A stretch of DNA of 64,000 bases from Calcarisporiella thermophila CBS 279.70 (GCF_041956535.1 NW_027192218.1:201728-265727); one strand, 5' to 3'. Shown: positions 38,569-52,336, counted from the stretch's first letter. The notes: generated by a model not told the origin, from the sequence alone. Numbers and translations are program-made.

Positions 38569-39914
38569 TTAAATTGCAAGGAACAACATAAGGATTGAAA
38601 TAAGTGCAGTAAGTTTAACAATGCCATTAGATGCATAAGAAGAAATGCTAGCCGATGAATGATTTTTGATTTTTGCCGCTTCTAGCTGGGCACTCGCAGC
38701 AGTAAGCGGACTAGTTGAGGCTGCAGCACTAGAAGAGGAGGTAGCAGTCACAGTGCTTGTAGGACTAGTTCCACTACCGCCGCTAATACACGTTCCAACG
38801 GTAACCAATTTATAAGCATTTTTAAGTCGGGGGATCTGATCAATCGCAATATCAACCGTCTCCTACATATAGATGGGATAAGGATGAAAAGGTGTCTTCA
38901 AATACATGGCTATATCTATTACCGTTGAGTGATCATGTTGCAGACATAGAGGTCCAGTTGAAGCATTTGGTGCCTCTTGAACCCACGAGGAGAAATTACC
39001 ATTGATCTCTTCACGCGTGATAGATTTTTCTTGTAGACGCCAGTCGTTGCTAAGTTCTATATGTGAATCCTCAGTGATTATATACTTGATCCTATTATAA
39101 TTACCTGTCTTTATTCCAAATAACAGCTTTGTAGCCCAGTGCAGTCATTATAGCACGCACACGATCATCGATATCCCCATAGGGCGGGCGCATTAAAGTT
39201 GGTTTTATTCTAAACGGAAGCAGGCGTTGAAAAAACCAGCTCGTCAATTCTAAGCATTTCACCACTTACCCGATAGCTTGTTCTATGGCTTTCTCGGTCC
39301 ATTTCATTTCCGCAATAATTTGCTCGTTAGAGAGCGAGGTAAGGGCACGATGGCTATAGGTATGGGAAGCAATTTCATGGCCGTCCGCGTGGATGCGCTT
39401 GATCATTTCGGGGGCATTAGCAGCGCGTGAACCGAGTATAAAGAAGGTGGCCTTGATGTTTTGTTGCTTCAGGAAATCATACAGCCTCGGACTAGATAGA
39501 TTTAGAGTTTAAGGTTTATGTTGAATAAAAAGTGCAGGCCTCGTAGAGTTATAGGCGTTACCTGAATTCCGTGGGCCCGTCATCAAAGCTACAGAACAGA
39601 ACAGAATGCAATCAGCGATGTGAACATGCAGTGGATATAGATTAGGACAACTCTTACGTTAATCCGAAATATCCCTTTGGACAAGACACGATATCACTTG
39701 GACGCGTACATGTGGTGCAAGTCCAGTGGCAATGTTTGTCGTCGGCTCCACATTGCGGGGGAACACTTTGAACAGAAACATCGGGGATTTTGGAAGCATC
39801 AATGGAGGCAGCCCATTCCTTCTGTGCCGGAAGGTCGCCCCCGATGGGCGGGAAGCCGGCATTTTGTGCCAGCACGCCAGCAAACAGACTAGTTACTAGC
39901 AATAATGTCTTCAT
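38569..39914 (-). CDS. GPI-anchored chitin deacetylase (CE4/NodB)
   Basis: Signal peptide, CHWTCTTC, GLT|FDDGP, HEIASHTYSH, LMRPPYGDID, IWNKD|SNDW, LCLQHD, S/T-rich tail and hydrophobic C-terminus. Confidence 0.94.
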
Positions 39915-40003
39915 TGCGTATCCAATTAAATGTACCAATATATAATATATATGGATGCAAGTGAACGAGGATAGCGGTAGATTTTTACAAGGAGGAAGAA
40001 AGT

Positions 40004-40025
40004 GGGGAGGGGAGGGGAGGGGGGG
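40004..40025 (+). other. G-quadruplex-forming motif (C-rich tract on the CDA sense strand)
   Basis: GGGG-A-GGGG-A-GGGG-A-GGGGGGG, 90 nt upstream of the chitin deacetylase ATG. Confidence 0.5.
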
Positions 40026-40247
40026 AGAGAGCAGGAAATATATCTATTTATAATTAATATAGATGTACATTTAGGGAAAATAACAGCCATAAGGAGAATT
40101 AGGAGAAATTGGTTGGAGATTTTTAATAAAATATTCGACGCGATAGTTTGTCATATTTCAGGTTCCGAAAATCACTAAAACAGATAATGCTATATTACAG
40201 TGCTATTTTCAGAAAAAAATAGCTCCAACATCAATTTATATACATAT

Positions 40248-40775
40248 TCAAACATTATGCTGAATAATTATTGTGCCTGCTCGTTGTGAACTCTTTCGCC
40301 GGATCATTGGATGTGCCTTTCCAAATGCGCGTCCCCATGTCCCTAAAAGGACAGCGGTAATACCAACTAACATGATACTCGATGTGAGGATAAGGCCAAG
40401 AGGAAAGGTCTTAAATTGACCGTAGCTCGGCGTCGGTTTTGTTGTGGATATACTAGGCTTACTGGACCCAAGTGGCACCCGATTTGGGGAATAAGTCGAT
40501 GTAGGATTGGTAGTAAAACGGGCATTCGTCGAAGTGATAGTAGGCTGATTAGAATGTGATTGTGGTCGAATAGCTGACGACATGGTAGGAAAAAGTGGGG
40601 GGAAGGAGTTTGGCCGTATGCTGGCTTGTTGTAATCTTACTGAGGAATGGAAGATCTCATTCGCAACTTTTGTAGGATTTGCGTGCGGTCCACCGGCTCT
40701 CGGAATGAGTGCTGTAGCAATTGCATCTTTAAGCTGATATCCCAATATCAATAACAACAGTAGCCAGAATTTCAT
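40248..40775 (-). CDS. Small mucin-like type I membrane protein of unknown function
   Basis: Intronless 175-aa ORF: signal-peptide-like start, S/T/P-rich middle, one TM (FPLGLILTSSIMLVGITAVLLGTWG), basic tail. Confidence 0.62.
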   Translation of the reverse strand: MKFWLLLLLILGYQLKDAIATALIPRAGGPHANPTKVANEIFHSSVRLQQASIRPNSFPPLFPTMSSAIRPQSHSNQPTITSTNARFTTNPTSTYSPNRVPLGSSKPSISTTKPTPSYGQFKTFPLGLILTSSIMLVGITAVLLGTWGRAFGKAHPMIRRKSSQRAGTIIIQHNV

Positions 40776-41887
40776 GTTGCATATGTTAAGGAAAGTGCCG
40801 ATGGAAAGAGAACTTGTGAAATCAATTTATTCAAGGGTTTAAATATTAAAGGACTTCGGTGTGAAACAACACAAACTCTTTGCCACACTCAAACAAATCA
40901 TGGCTGCATATGCCGAAAAGCGACATTCATTGAGATTGAACAAGGTTGAATTTCAATCAAATGTCCATCGTGAGCAAAAGGAACAGATTGAAAGAGAAAT
41001 AATAGCATTGTTTCTTGGAGAATTCTCTATATCAAAGTCATTTCCCGAATTGGATACTCTTTATCAAAGAACCATGAATTTGCAAGGATGTGCTGTCCTC
41101 CAATGAAAAGGCCCTGATCTGAAACTCGAATCGTGATTAAAGTCGAGGCAGTAACGAGCATCGATACAGGGCTTGATCCAAGTCTTCCCGATATCTATAA
41201 TCACGGGTTAGACTCGGCTGTTGATTGACCTGCGGAGCATCCAATATCGTTATTGCGTACTTCTCAAGTGTCGCATTTCTGATAAGGGCTAATTTCTCGC
41301 TGATACAATATCTGGTGCATAATAGTGCTGAAACACTATAGAGTTCATTTGCACCCTGTGCAAACAGTGGCTTGATGCTGTTCATTTCGTGATGGGATTC
41401 TCTTATGCACTTTGAAATGCAGTTGCATCTACCAATATTCTATTCAAATTTGCCTCGATTATTTCAATGAAAGGCTGGTTTCAACGGGTTCAAGATGCTC
41501 TTTTCTATTAATTAGTACCTTGTGAAATCAATTAAAATTTAAGACATGGCTTGATTCGGTAAAGTACAAGTCTTACTCATCCCCCATTTCCTTTAAACAG
41601 TGAATATTAGGCAAGACTGATACAATTAGTGACTTTTCTCTAAAGCAGTTCTATCAACCTCAATGAAAACGGAATATTTTTATGGTTTCAAATTGATCAA
41701 CTAAATTCACATTTATTCCCAATTTGGCATCCATTGTAGTGCCATGCAAAACGATCAATTCCAGGGATAAAATCCATCAGACCCTTTCAGAGAGTTCGGG
41801 TATCAGGTAGATTAAGAAATGCATCTTAAACTTTGGTGCGATGCTAACAACACCTATTTTAATAGAACATCACTTGATCTAGTCTTA

Positions 41888-44800
41888 TTATCCTCCATAT
41901 CCATGAACGCCGCCCTCTCGTAATAAACGCCGTCCTTTTTGGTTTAATCGTTTGTTTTTATCTTCAAAGCTCAGATGTATACCTCGATGAGCAAGTTTGA
42001 CCTCGAGACCTTGCAAAAGCAGCGCAGAATTTAGAGATTCGTTTTCATTTAAGGGTGGTTTTCATTTAAAGGCTAAATCTTACTTTGTCTTTGCATCACC
42101 TCTTCTCTTTCTTCATAATTAAGCACCAATTTTTTAAGGTGTTGTTGCTCCTCACGCTGAGCTTCTTGTTTGATACGTGTGCTCACAGCTAATGCGGAGT
42201 TAGCCGGAAGCTCAAGTGTCTTGGCCTATATTAAAAAATAATGAAGAGTTGTATATTCAAATAAGCCACTTGATATAACTGACCTGTTGTTTGTTGCCTT
42301 TTTTTGTCAGCAGAGTAAAAGTAACTCTGCCACTCTCCTGGTCAGGTAATTGTACCTTTCCGCGGTCTGAATAACAGGGAGGGAGGGGGTAGAAAGTTCT
42401 GCAATTAATAAAATTTGCATTGACAATAAGAAACAATGTAATAAACCTTGGAGTCGCATCGGGATGGGTACATCTAATGTGGCCATCTTTCGCTCGTGTC
42501 GCCTCGATTCCAAACTCTCTGCCATCAATTTACTGAATTCAAGATCGAACTGCGCATCAACCTCTTGTATTCTCTCTTCTTGGTTTTTGAGTACTACTAC
42601 GTCTTCGTCCTGGTCCACTTCCATCGCTGATTCTTCAATCTAGGTGTTTAATCGAGTAGAGTACAGGTTTATTTTAGGTGGTGTTGATTTAAATTCTCCT
42701 ATCATACCTCGTGGACTTTCTCTTCTTCTCTATCCTCGCCCTCATGCTCGCTTTCTTCGTCTTCACTATCATTTGTCGATTCTGAAGCTTCACTCTCGAA
42801 TCCATCCTCAAACTTGACACCATTAGAATCTATACAAAATTATTAGATATTACAAAGTATTAGAACATGAAAATATGAAAAACCACTTAGAATTACATAC
42901 TTTTCTTTAATTGTTCCAGGAACATTCTATCCACAGCCTCGGCGGCTTCATCAAATGATTCAAACATACGAGTATTGGGGCGAAGTTGCTACAGATTATC
43001 TGGTTAGTAAAGCTTTTTATATTACGAAAATTTTTTTTGAAAATACCGAGAAAGTTTCCGCGACCATAAATTCCACATCCATTGGTAGGGTATGCTTGGT
43101 TTGAATATACATCTATGTGCAATAATGTAAAGGTAGTCAGCTCACATCGTAATTTTGTCGTTAAGGCAGAAATTGTGCAAAAACTCACCTGGAAAAATGT
43201 CAAGAAATTGTCCAAATTTCGCTTGGAAGCTCCTTTGTCAAAATAGAGTCCGCAGGTGTCTAGTAGGGTGCAACAAAGTCGAATACGGAAAAAATCGTCA
43301 GGGGAATCAAGAGGACATGGCCGATCTCTTGATGGGCGACCTTGCTCTGTAGATATGAAGGTTTAATATCAAATTGTTAGCAGTCTTTCAGGTTGAGTGA
43401 AGTCTCCGCGAAGCGGTATTACCGTGACCAAAGGTGACAATAGTCCAAAGAGTTTCAAAAATTACGGGAGAGTTGATAAGGCGATAAATATATAGCTCTC
43501 CAAGATACTTAACAGTCGCAATTCTGCGCTGGTTATGCTTGAACATATTCCCCTATTATATTAATAGTATTAATATTATCCATTCATGACTATTTCTCAT
43601 CATATGGAATATTCAATATTAACCTCAAGACCGACACGAATTTCTTCTAGCACTCTGTCTACTAATGCGACCCCGAAGTCGCTATGGTGTCGATTTAGGC
43701 CACTCGCGACAATTGCCATAAGGTGAATATTACCAAATTTCACTTTCCATATCTTAGAGAAAATATTTAATAGTATGTCAGATATCTAAAGATAAAGCGC
43801 GTAAATTAGTATCGATGATAGAATCAACATCCATTAATATTTAAATACCTTTCTATCTTCCCAATGAAGCTTTCGCAGCAGTTTCACTATTTTATCCAAT
43901 GATTTTTTACTCAAATCGGAATATAAGAGCTTTCTAATAAAGAGCTCCATAGGAGGGCGATTCTTCGTTTGCATAGCGGACTTTTCTGGGGGATTGCACT
44001 GAAGATTCAATGTCAATAACTTACTATTATTGAAAAATAATACAAAAAAATTACTTACTTGATAGAACGCATTTTCAATCATTAGTGCAATACGATTGTC
44101 AAACCGCTGTGTATTTTTCTTTCTCATCATTGTTTCAAGCTATAAGATCATTCAAATAAGTTGGGAGAAAACCGTCTAATAACATTTCTGATACTACCAT
44201 ACTATTAATCCGGGCGTTGGTCTCAGGTGACTTAAATAGGAATCTTCCACAGGTTTCTAATAGGTTACAAAGCACCTCTGCATTCTGGTGGTTGAATTCG
44301 TTAAGCAACATCTTGATGCAGTGTAATATGAGATATGTTGGGGTAATACGGAATTTTGTTAGCTCAGAAAGAAACCGTATGTTCTGTGAAGAAAATTTTC
44401 ATGGTGAGCTTAGTCGTTCAATATATCAGAAGAGAGGAGAAAAAAAATGTTTACTTTAATTCTGGTTTCCAAAATCACAAAATCTGAGGTCTTCTTCCGA
44501 TACAGCCCTTTAAACTCTTTTTCAAGCTATAAAATTGAAAAAATTATAATTTTGAGTCTACTAAATAAGGGCTCGCCGATTTAGTTTACATTACCGCTGT
44601 CAATACATCTTGGGCAATGCTTTGAAAATGTGGATAGAGAGTTCCAATAAGACGAGCATAATACGGCAGAACATCTAGACGATTGCGTGGAACCCCGAGT
44701 AAGGCCTAAAAATAATTAATTCTGATCAAACTAGAGCTTTTCAAAATATTTACTATTTCCTCCTTACTTTAACGAGCTTTTTTCTCGCTCCTTTGGAATT

Positions 44801-46919
44801 CATGTAGCAGAATTCGACGGTAGTCTTATCGATCAGTTCACGATTAATCATATTGGGAAGTCGAGCCAGTAAGAAATCTAAGTTCGGTTCAGTACCAAAA
44901 ATTCCTCCAGTTGGGTTGGTGAAAGAGGATACTTCACTAAATTAAAAGATATATATTTTAGGAACCGAATTTAATAAATTAAAAGAAGAACTTACTTGTC
45001 TTGTGCTGTGTCCTTTTCTAATTCATTTTCTTGCAATTCTGGAGCTTCATTTTCCTCCTCTTCATCCTCATCTTCCAAATCACCACCTCGTAACTTTTCA
45101 TCATTTAATTTCTCTTCAGTTGCCTCGCCCGCATCAATTTCAAGGTTGTTAGATTCCTTATCTGGCTCTTCACTTGTCTGCTGCACCTTTTTTGAGTGCT
45201 TTTCCTCCAATAATACTCTTGGAACTTGTGAGGTTAAATCCAAGAGGTTTTCATAGAAATCTCGTTCGTCTTCGTCCTGCCATACTCCATCTCCGATGCT
45301 TTCCTGCTGAAGTTAGGAAAATTGTTTAGATCTATAGTTATTTAAGATTGAATGATATATTGGTTCTAACGAAATACCTTGTCTCCACCAAAAGTGATAG
45401 ACTCCATTCGAACAAAACCTTTGCTCATGCTTGCCTCATTTTCAGGAAGATTTGGCATCTCCGCTGAAAGTAATTCAGCTAGAGTTTGTGCCAGATTGAA
45501 CAATTTTTCAAAGAGCTTAACTGCTTTCTCGTGGTTTTGCTTCCGCTCCTCTGTCAGCTCGCCCCCTTTAGATATTAAAAACTCCTGGTTTTTTTTCTCA
45601 ATATTTCTGATCGCCTGATGGAGTAACAGATAGAAAAGAGATGCTTTAAATTTAAAAGAACAAAGAGCGAAAAAGTAAATGGAATACATACCGAATGAAT
45701 TTTTACCAAATGTTTTGACAAGCTGTCAAAATACTCATTGAACATCTGTTTGAAAGATGCTCTTTGTTCTGCTGTTACTAAAGCGGCTTCTGTGTTTGAT
45801 GTCTCCATCGCAGAAACTTGTGGGGAAGTGTTGTCCTTTGCAGTCTCTCCCTCAATCTCTCTTTGCTGCTGAGCATCCTGCTTTCTAGTAACCATTCCAA
45901 TAAGTTCCAAGCCGAAATTTTTCAGAAATGAGACGGCTAAGGGTAGATTCGTATGGTCCTTATCTTGGGCGAACTAAAGAGAAATATTTGGTGTCAAACT
46001 GTAAAATATTTAACAAAAAATTATATATATACCAGATCTCTGAATATTGTATAAAGAAAATTTCCGCTAGTAGAGGTAATTTTAGGTTCCTTTTTTTCTT
46101 TTCAGAGTAGTGCTGAGCAGACCAGCTATGTTGTCTTTTCCAACGTTATCAACACCATGTGCACTCGTTGCATTGAGCTGAGCAACACCATCCTCAATAT
46201 CTCTAAGCGCGCCTACGAGCCACAGTTCGCAAATAACTCTTCCAACGATACGTTGCCGTGATACTCTAGATGCCTCTTCTCTTTCCCGTTGCTCAGAGCT
46301 CAATGCTGCTAATTGCTGTCTATTTGCGGGTGCAATGGCTTTTGCCAGTTGATATGTAAGCAATGGTGTGAAGGTGTCAGGGAAGCGACGGTGAAGTGCT
46401 GATATTACTTCGACTGCGGCCCAAGCATCTGCACCAGTTTTGCACTTATGCACACCTTCTACAATGGAAGTTACCACTTCGGGTATATATTTCTCTAGTC
46501 GCAGTTTTTTAACATCATTGATTAACTGTTGCTTCGTCTCGGCATTTAAATTGCTGCGACATTTCTTGATAAAGGCCGTGTTCTTCTTTATATTGCTATC
46601 CAAATTTTTGAATTGCGAGGTATCTAATTTAAAATAAAATATTTTAGAAAATAACAAAATAAGATAATTTTCCAATGGATCTATACCAGGGCCAAAATTC
46701 CACGCTTTTATATTTTCATGCCTCAGCTCTAATCGTTTTGTTCTGCGCAATTTTGCCTCAACCTCAGCGTCGATTCCAGTATTTGTTTCCTAAAGATCAA
46801 CTAGCTGATCAGAAAGGTTATAGAATATTTGACAATGTAAACACCGATCTCACTTCTTGAACTTTTTGATTTATCTCTTTCGATTCCATTTCCATCGCAT
46901 TCTCGTTATTTTTCTCCAT
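41888..46919 (-). CDS. UPF2: Nonsense-mediated decay factor Upf2 (MIF4G domains); as given it has a +1 frame break near 46091
   Basis: LDSNIKKNTAFIKK, RLEKYIPEVV, AAVEVISALHRRF, VCRTKTNEIS region followed by FYENLLDL, LDVLPYYARLIGTL, MIENAFYQ|CNPPE, RRIATVKYLGELYIYRL, DDFFRIRLCCTLLDTCG, QHLKKLVLNYE. Confidence 0.93.
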
Positions 46920-47537
46920 TCAGAAAGAGATCTAAATGAAAGAAAATTCACTACGGGTAGTTCGAAATAAGTTTTTTCCAGTTAATTGTCGGATAGGATC
47001 TCTCGCTTTCAAATTATTGAGATTAATTGGCCACATCTACAGAGGCGCTCATGGCCGAACTGTACAAATTTCAACTAACATTGACTGTCTAGAGTATTAA
47101 GCAGGGTAGAGCCTATTGAGATTGTTAACCAAGGTAGGCATCTTAGACGAGCATATATATGAATCCCCACCTTGATATTATGACTCTCCCCTCCCATCCA
47201 GTAATAAAGTTTAATATTGACGATATTACCAATTTTCTCAAGAATAGGACGTTTTTAAACCATCTCTTTTTATTGGTAGCATGTTGGTATATTGTAAGTC
47301 TTGCATTTCCACTCTTAACAAAACGTTGAGCAATACTATTTTAGACATAATGAGCTACGTTTAAATAATTACTAGTGTAAATCAGATCAATTTGCGTGTT
47401 CATATAACAATAATAAACGTTTGCTCGCTATTCAGAGACATCAAACAGGGAATATGAATATATCACTAGTGTATTAAATCAAATAGGACTACATTTGCTA
47501 GACATGATATATAGGCAACTAAAAGTGAATATAAAAA

Positions 47538-49133
47538 CTAAGAAATTAAATTTTCTGCTTTAAGTCTGTTTGATATCTCGTAAAATAGATACGAGATATC
47601 GTTTCGTTTTACTGCATGTTCTAAAACATCACGAATATTGCATGAGACACCAAAGATCTATTAAATATATGGTTAGTTGTATTGTAATTGAGCATATTGT
47701 GCTTAAAACACACCTGAGCATTGACAAGCTTTTGTCTCGAATAAGTAACTCGAAGTGACACTGGATTCTCAAGTGGGGAAATAAAATGCACGGTAATCTC
47801 GTCTTTAGAGGTTCGCTCAATTTGTCGCACACCGTAGTTTGCACGGAAGCATTCAACGGTAGCCTTAACCCTAATTGATATCAGATGAGCAATCGAAAAG
47901 TATTCGAAGATCGAGAACAAGAACCTTTTATATCTTTCTTCTACAGTAGGATCACGCTGTTTTGATATTCGAATCGCCTCTGCTGCTAAGGTCTTAGCAA
48001 TTTTCTTATCGGCCTCAAGGAGATTCATCTCTTTTTCCATAGTCTCTAGCTCCCATTTGAGATCGGCGATACGAGGCTTTCTTTCATCAAGAGATTCGTT
48101 TATCTTCATCAACTCGTTCATCTTATCAGAATAGAAATCTCATTAGCTGCCATTAAATATTGTCTTTCTAATATACTCCAATTTTACCTGCTCTTCTAGG
48201 ATAACACGCGTTTCTTCTACAGTAAGTTTCTACAAAATAAACCGTTGAATTATAAGCATATTTCACAATAGCGTATAACATTTACACTTTTTGAATCAAG
48301 CTGTTTTCTAATGTTCTGCAAATCCGATTCCTAAATCAATGTTTAAATAAACCTTTACATGATATACTAGTAAGTAAAATAAAATACCATTTGATCGACT
48401 TCGCGAAGCATACGTTGAAAAAGTGCCATTTTTTCAGCTAGCTGAGCATGTTCTAAATTAAATATAATAACACACTCTAAACTTTGCTCTTCAGAATAAT
48501 AGATACACTCTCTGCTAACCATTAGATACTGTGTCGGCTACCTCTGAAATGGATTTTCGAAGAGCTTCAGAGTGAAGCTTGCTGTTTTTTAGCAGCTGTT
48601 TCTGCTCCTTATTTCGTTCCTCTATTTCAAATACCTAAATGTTATTATAAATGTTCGCACAATGGCAAACTCGATAAGTAAAAAGTTTACCAAGTTCTTT
48701 ATTATCACTAGGCTCAATGACTAGTGGTGGCTCTGGCTCAAGAATGGCCCTTAGAAACTTCTCTTTAGTTTCTTGTTCAAGATAATTGAACTTGAGTTTT
48801 GAAAAGTGCTCCTATTTTAATGGTATAATAAGTCTTTGAATCTTTAAATCGTTCAAGAGAAGTTACTTTAAAATATCTCAGGTCGGTATCTATGCTCTTG
48901 GGATGGAGGCCAATAATATCAGAATTCTTGTCATATTCTTCACGGCCAGCGCTTTTTTGAAAGAATTCATCACGCAATTCCTCTGCATGCAATTTGGTCC
49001 CTTGATATTCTTTCAAGAGCCTGTCGAAAAGAGAACGCAGTTGTAATTTAAATTAAATAAGTAAAATCTACGCTGTTTTTATTTACCGTTCACATTCATT
49101 CAATTTGATCTCGAATTTCGTGTCAATCTCCAT
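47538..49133 (-). CDS. SOS7: Kinetochore protein Sos7/Kre28-like
   Basis: DLRYFK|(E)HFSKLKFNYLEQETKEKFLRAIL...PLVIEPSDNKEL matches the Sos7 coiled-coil signature; C-terminal RWD-like region. Confidence 0.78.
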
Positions 49134-49171
49134 CTAGCAAAATCCTTAAAAAATTATATCAAAGATGTTTG

Positions 49172-49190
49172 ACGCGTATTGGATTCGCGT
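49172..49190. promoter_or_regulatory. Tandem MCB-like elements (ACGCGT, TCGCGT) upstream of Sos7
   Basis: Two CGCG-core sites 39-57 nt upstream of the ATG of a kinetochore gene. Confidence 0.4.
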
Positions 49191-49554
49191 TCAAAATTCA
49201 CAAATTATGACTATAGTCCATTTTAGGGAGATATGTATTGTGAATTAGAATCAAATTTTTGGATCAATTAAATCAGGGCTGGTCATAGTTCTATTCTATT
49301 ATAAATAGAAGTCGTAACTACATCCATTTGTATTGCGTGTTGCTTTAGCATCAAGTTAGATTGTGTTCTAGGATAGATCCTTAATTTTTCCTAATATTTC
49401 AAGAGTGAAGCAAAAGTATCATGTTAATCCAAACTTCCTTTCAGCTTTGGCCCACAATCTTAGCGATTAATTAAGGGAAGAGAATACTACGGACAGATAA
49501 AAGATGGGATCACTTAAGAATTAAATCTTTTATTTTTTACTACTATCTATACTT

Positions 49555-50511
49555 TTAATTAATAAAAAATAAATCTTGATTTAAGCTCTCGGTTTTACAC
49601 CGCTCAATACAGCTGAGTGTAATATCAAGAATTTTTTTATGTATGTCTTCAATCGATTGCCTTGCATCGATCATCTGAGGGAAAAGATAGGAGTAAGTTC
49701 ACTGCAAGAAGAAATATAATGTAAAATCTACCTCCCAGGACGGCTCTTTAAGTTGCATAAAAATATCATAAGTTTTGGATTGTTGCAAATGGTTTTCATA
49801 TCGCTCCTGCCCGTAGTCTCCGCGGAGCTTAGCATCCTCGATAGGGAGATCCATAAAAAATGTCAGATCTGGTCTCAGCAATCCGACATCCGGGCCTTTG
49901 CACCATTGCAGGTCAAGCCCCTGTATAGAAGATAGTATGAGCAAACAGCTGGTTGAAAATAATGACTCGATATATTTGTAATAGTACTTTTGCCGCTGAA
50001 TACGCTACTCCCGAATATGCCCATCGATCTACTACTAAAGTAACTCCATTATTGAGAAGGGATAACATGGTATCGCTACATATAAATTTATATGAATTTA
50101 GCCACCACTTATAGAACACTGAGCACCGGAAAGTTACCTACATATTTTCCCATCGATTAGCAGAGAATAGAAGATGAATGACATGATCCTCTTGCTCGCT
50201 CTTGTTATTAAGATATTCCTGAATCATGGCTCCTATCTTAGACGTCCTATCTATTGTTAAGAAACGCTATAAGTCGGAAATGCGCGCTTTTAATTCAACA
50301 TCGCTCAAATTTTACCGGGAAATCGAAGTCCTTTTGCGCGAATCCCAAGATTGTTCAACGATTCAACTAGCTTAGAACATTGGGTTGATTTTCCGGCACG
50401 ATCACAGCCTTCAAAGAGAATGAATGATCCCCGACTCATTTTAGCGGCGTTACGATGTACAAACCTTTGCAATAACAAAGGAATTGTAGTCGCGAATTTT
50501 TTGGTTAACAT
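49555..50511 (-). CDS. CDC8: Thymidylate kinase (Cdc8/DTYMK); core start 50439, optional 24-aa extension from 50511
   Basis: [22 protein letters not shown]|[52 protein letters not shown]. Confidence 0.95.
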
Positions 50512-50599
50512 AAATTTTATATCGAAAACACAAAATGCGGGGTGTGAAAATTTCAAGTCGCCACCCTTTAATTTGTTGGCTTCCACTTGGTTTATTCGT

Positions 50600-52336
50600 T
50601 TATTCTTCCGATTGATTTCTATCATCCTCAGGGCTATCTTCTTCATCCTCATCTTCAATATCCATTACTGGAAATGTTAGTATTGCTGCAACACCAGTCA
50701 GTTGCTGAAGCTCTAAAAGTTATATTAACAGTTCAGCGTATTTGAGGCATGACCTGAATCAAATGCATAAACACTCACGTTCACCAGATACATGTAGACT
50801 GGAGAATATATGCACAGAACCACCCATGGCACGCACTGACTCTACGAGTTGAATGTATTTTCGGCGGGTAGGAATATCGGCAGACCTAAGGATGTGTCAA
50901 ATAATAATTACAGAGAAAATCAAGACAGGGGGTATATTAGTCTATTGGGCACACCTGAAGAGTTCATCGGTAACCAAAAGAGTCCCAATAGCACCACGTT
51001 CATTTGCTTTGCTGACGTGATCATATCCATAGAATGCGCGGTTAGGATCTTGGTTAAGCATCTGATAAAAGTTATCGAGTGCTTTAATCTCTGAGGCATA
51101 TTTGGTGTCGGCAAGTTTGGCTTGCACTGACGGATCTTGCATGACCTCCTGCAACGAGTGTTTGTGACCAGATGAGCAATGTATTAACAGAAATTTTGAC
51201 TTGTTTTCCAATAAAAGCTTGTTGTCAGTGCGCTACAAATTTGAGATTAGTAAATAAATAATATGTAATCATTCGTAAAAAGTGTAGTATACCACTGCTT
51301 CGGCAAATATATATTGATACAGCTGGTCCTGTTTAATAATAGAATTTGTAGCATATATACAAATATAATAAAATAAACTTGCATCATATGTTTATACCTT
51401 AACAAATCCTGGGCTAGCAATTATTACCCCTTTGACAATATCAAAATTGATATGCCGAAGAATAGCCTGATATATCTGTTCATAGAAACGCTGAAGACCC
51501 TATAGAAAATAAAAGTCGAAGAAATGAAAGTAGCATATTTGTTAATAGTAGTATGTACTTTTTCATAGTTTGTGACAGAGCCCTTGCGTTTTCGTGGGAT
51601 GGGAACTTCGATTCGTTGACGGACAATAGTCATATGTTGAGTAAGCAATACGAGATTTGCAAGTCCTATGTTCAATGAAATAACATATTCTTTAGAATAA
51701 TAATTAGATCATAATACAATAAAAAAAGACTGACCTTCTTGCGCAACTATGGCAGCAACATCGGCTTGTTTTGTGATGTCACATGCTTCTTCCACGCGTT
51801 CTAGTGCGATAGTATCCCATTCTGGTTTGAGAAGAGTAAAATTACGATGCAGCTCAAGATCAATCGTATGATACATTCCAAGCTAATGAAATATGTTATA
51901 ATTGAAAAAACAGCATGGATAAAGAAATGACCCACTTTAACATATTGATTTTCCACGACATTGCGACCATTTATGCGCAATAGCCTCGATTGCGCGTCAA
52001 AATCGATTTCTTCTACTGATATAGTAAGTGTTAACCGTATTCGCTGACTGTTAACTGAACCTGTTGAACTCTCTGACTGCACACGTCTAAAGTATAATCA
52101 TTAGCACATAAGTAAAGAATATTAAAATTTTAAATTGCTCTTACCGAATTGTAGTAGCTCTAAGTTGATCACCTTTTGAGATCAGATTATAGACATGCCA
52201 CATGTCCTCGAGCTCTTCCGGGTAAAGTGTAACATATCCCGAGCGGTCCTTCTCTATATATTTTTTGATAAGCTAACGGAATGGATTAGAATAAGTCGAT
52301 ATTGACTGCAATATCATCACGGGAACATACCCTCAT
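50600..52336 (-). CDS. DOM34: Ribosome rescue factor Dom34/Pelota
   Basis: MR|[45 protein letters not shown]|[53 protein letters not shown], acidic tail. Confidence 0.97.

Noticed and set aside
40800-41870. Gene-free kilobase with 81-82 aa ORFs, considered as a decayed transposon or pseudogene
   Set aside because: No transposase, RT or kinase motifs, no terminal repeats, and no consistent splice chain found.
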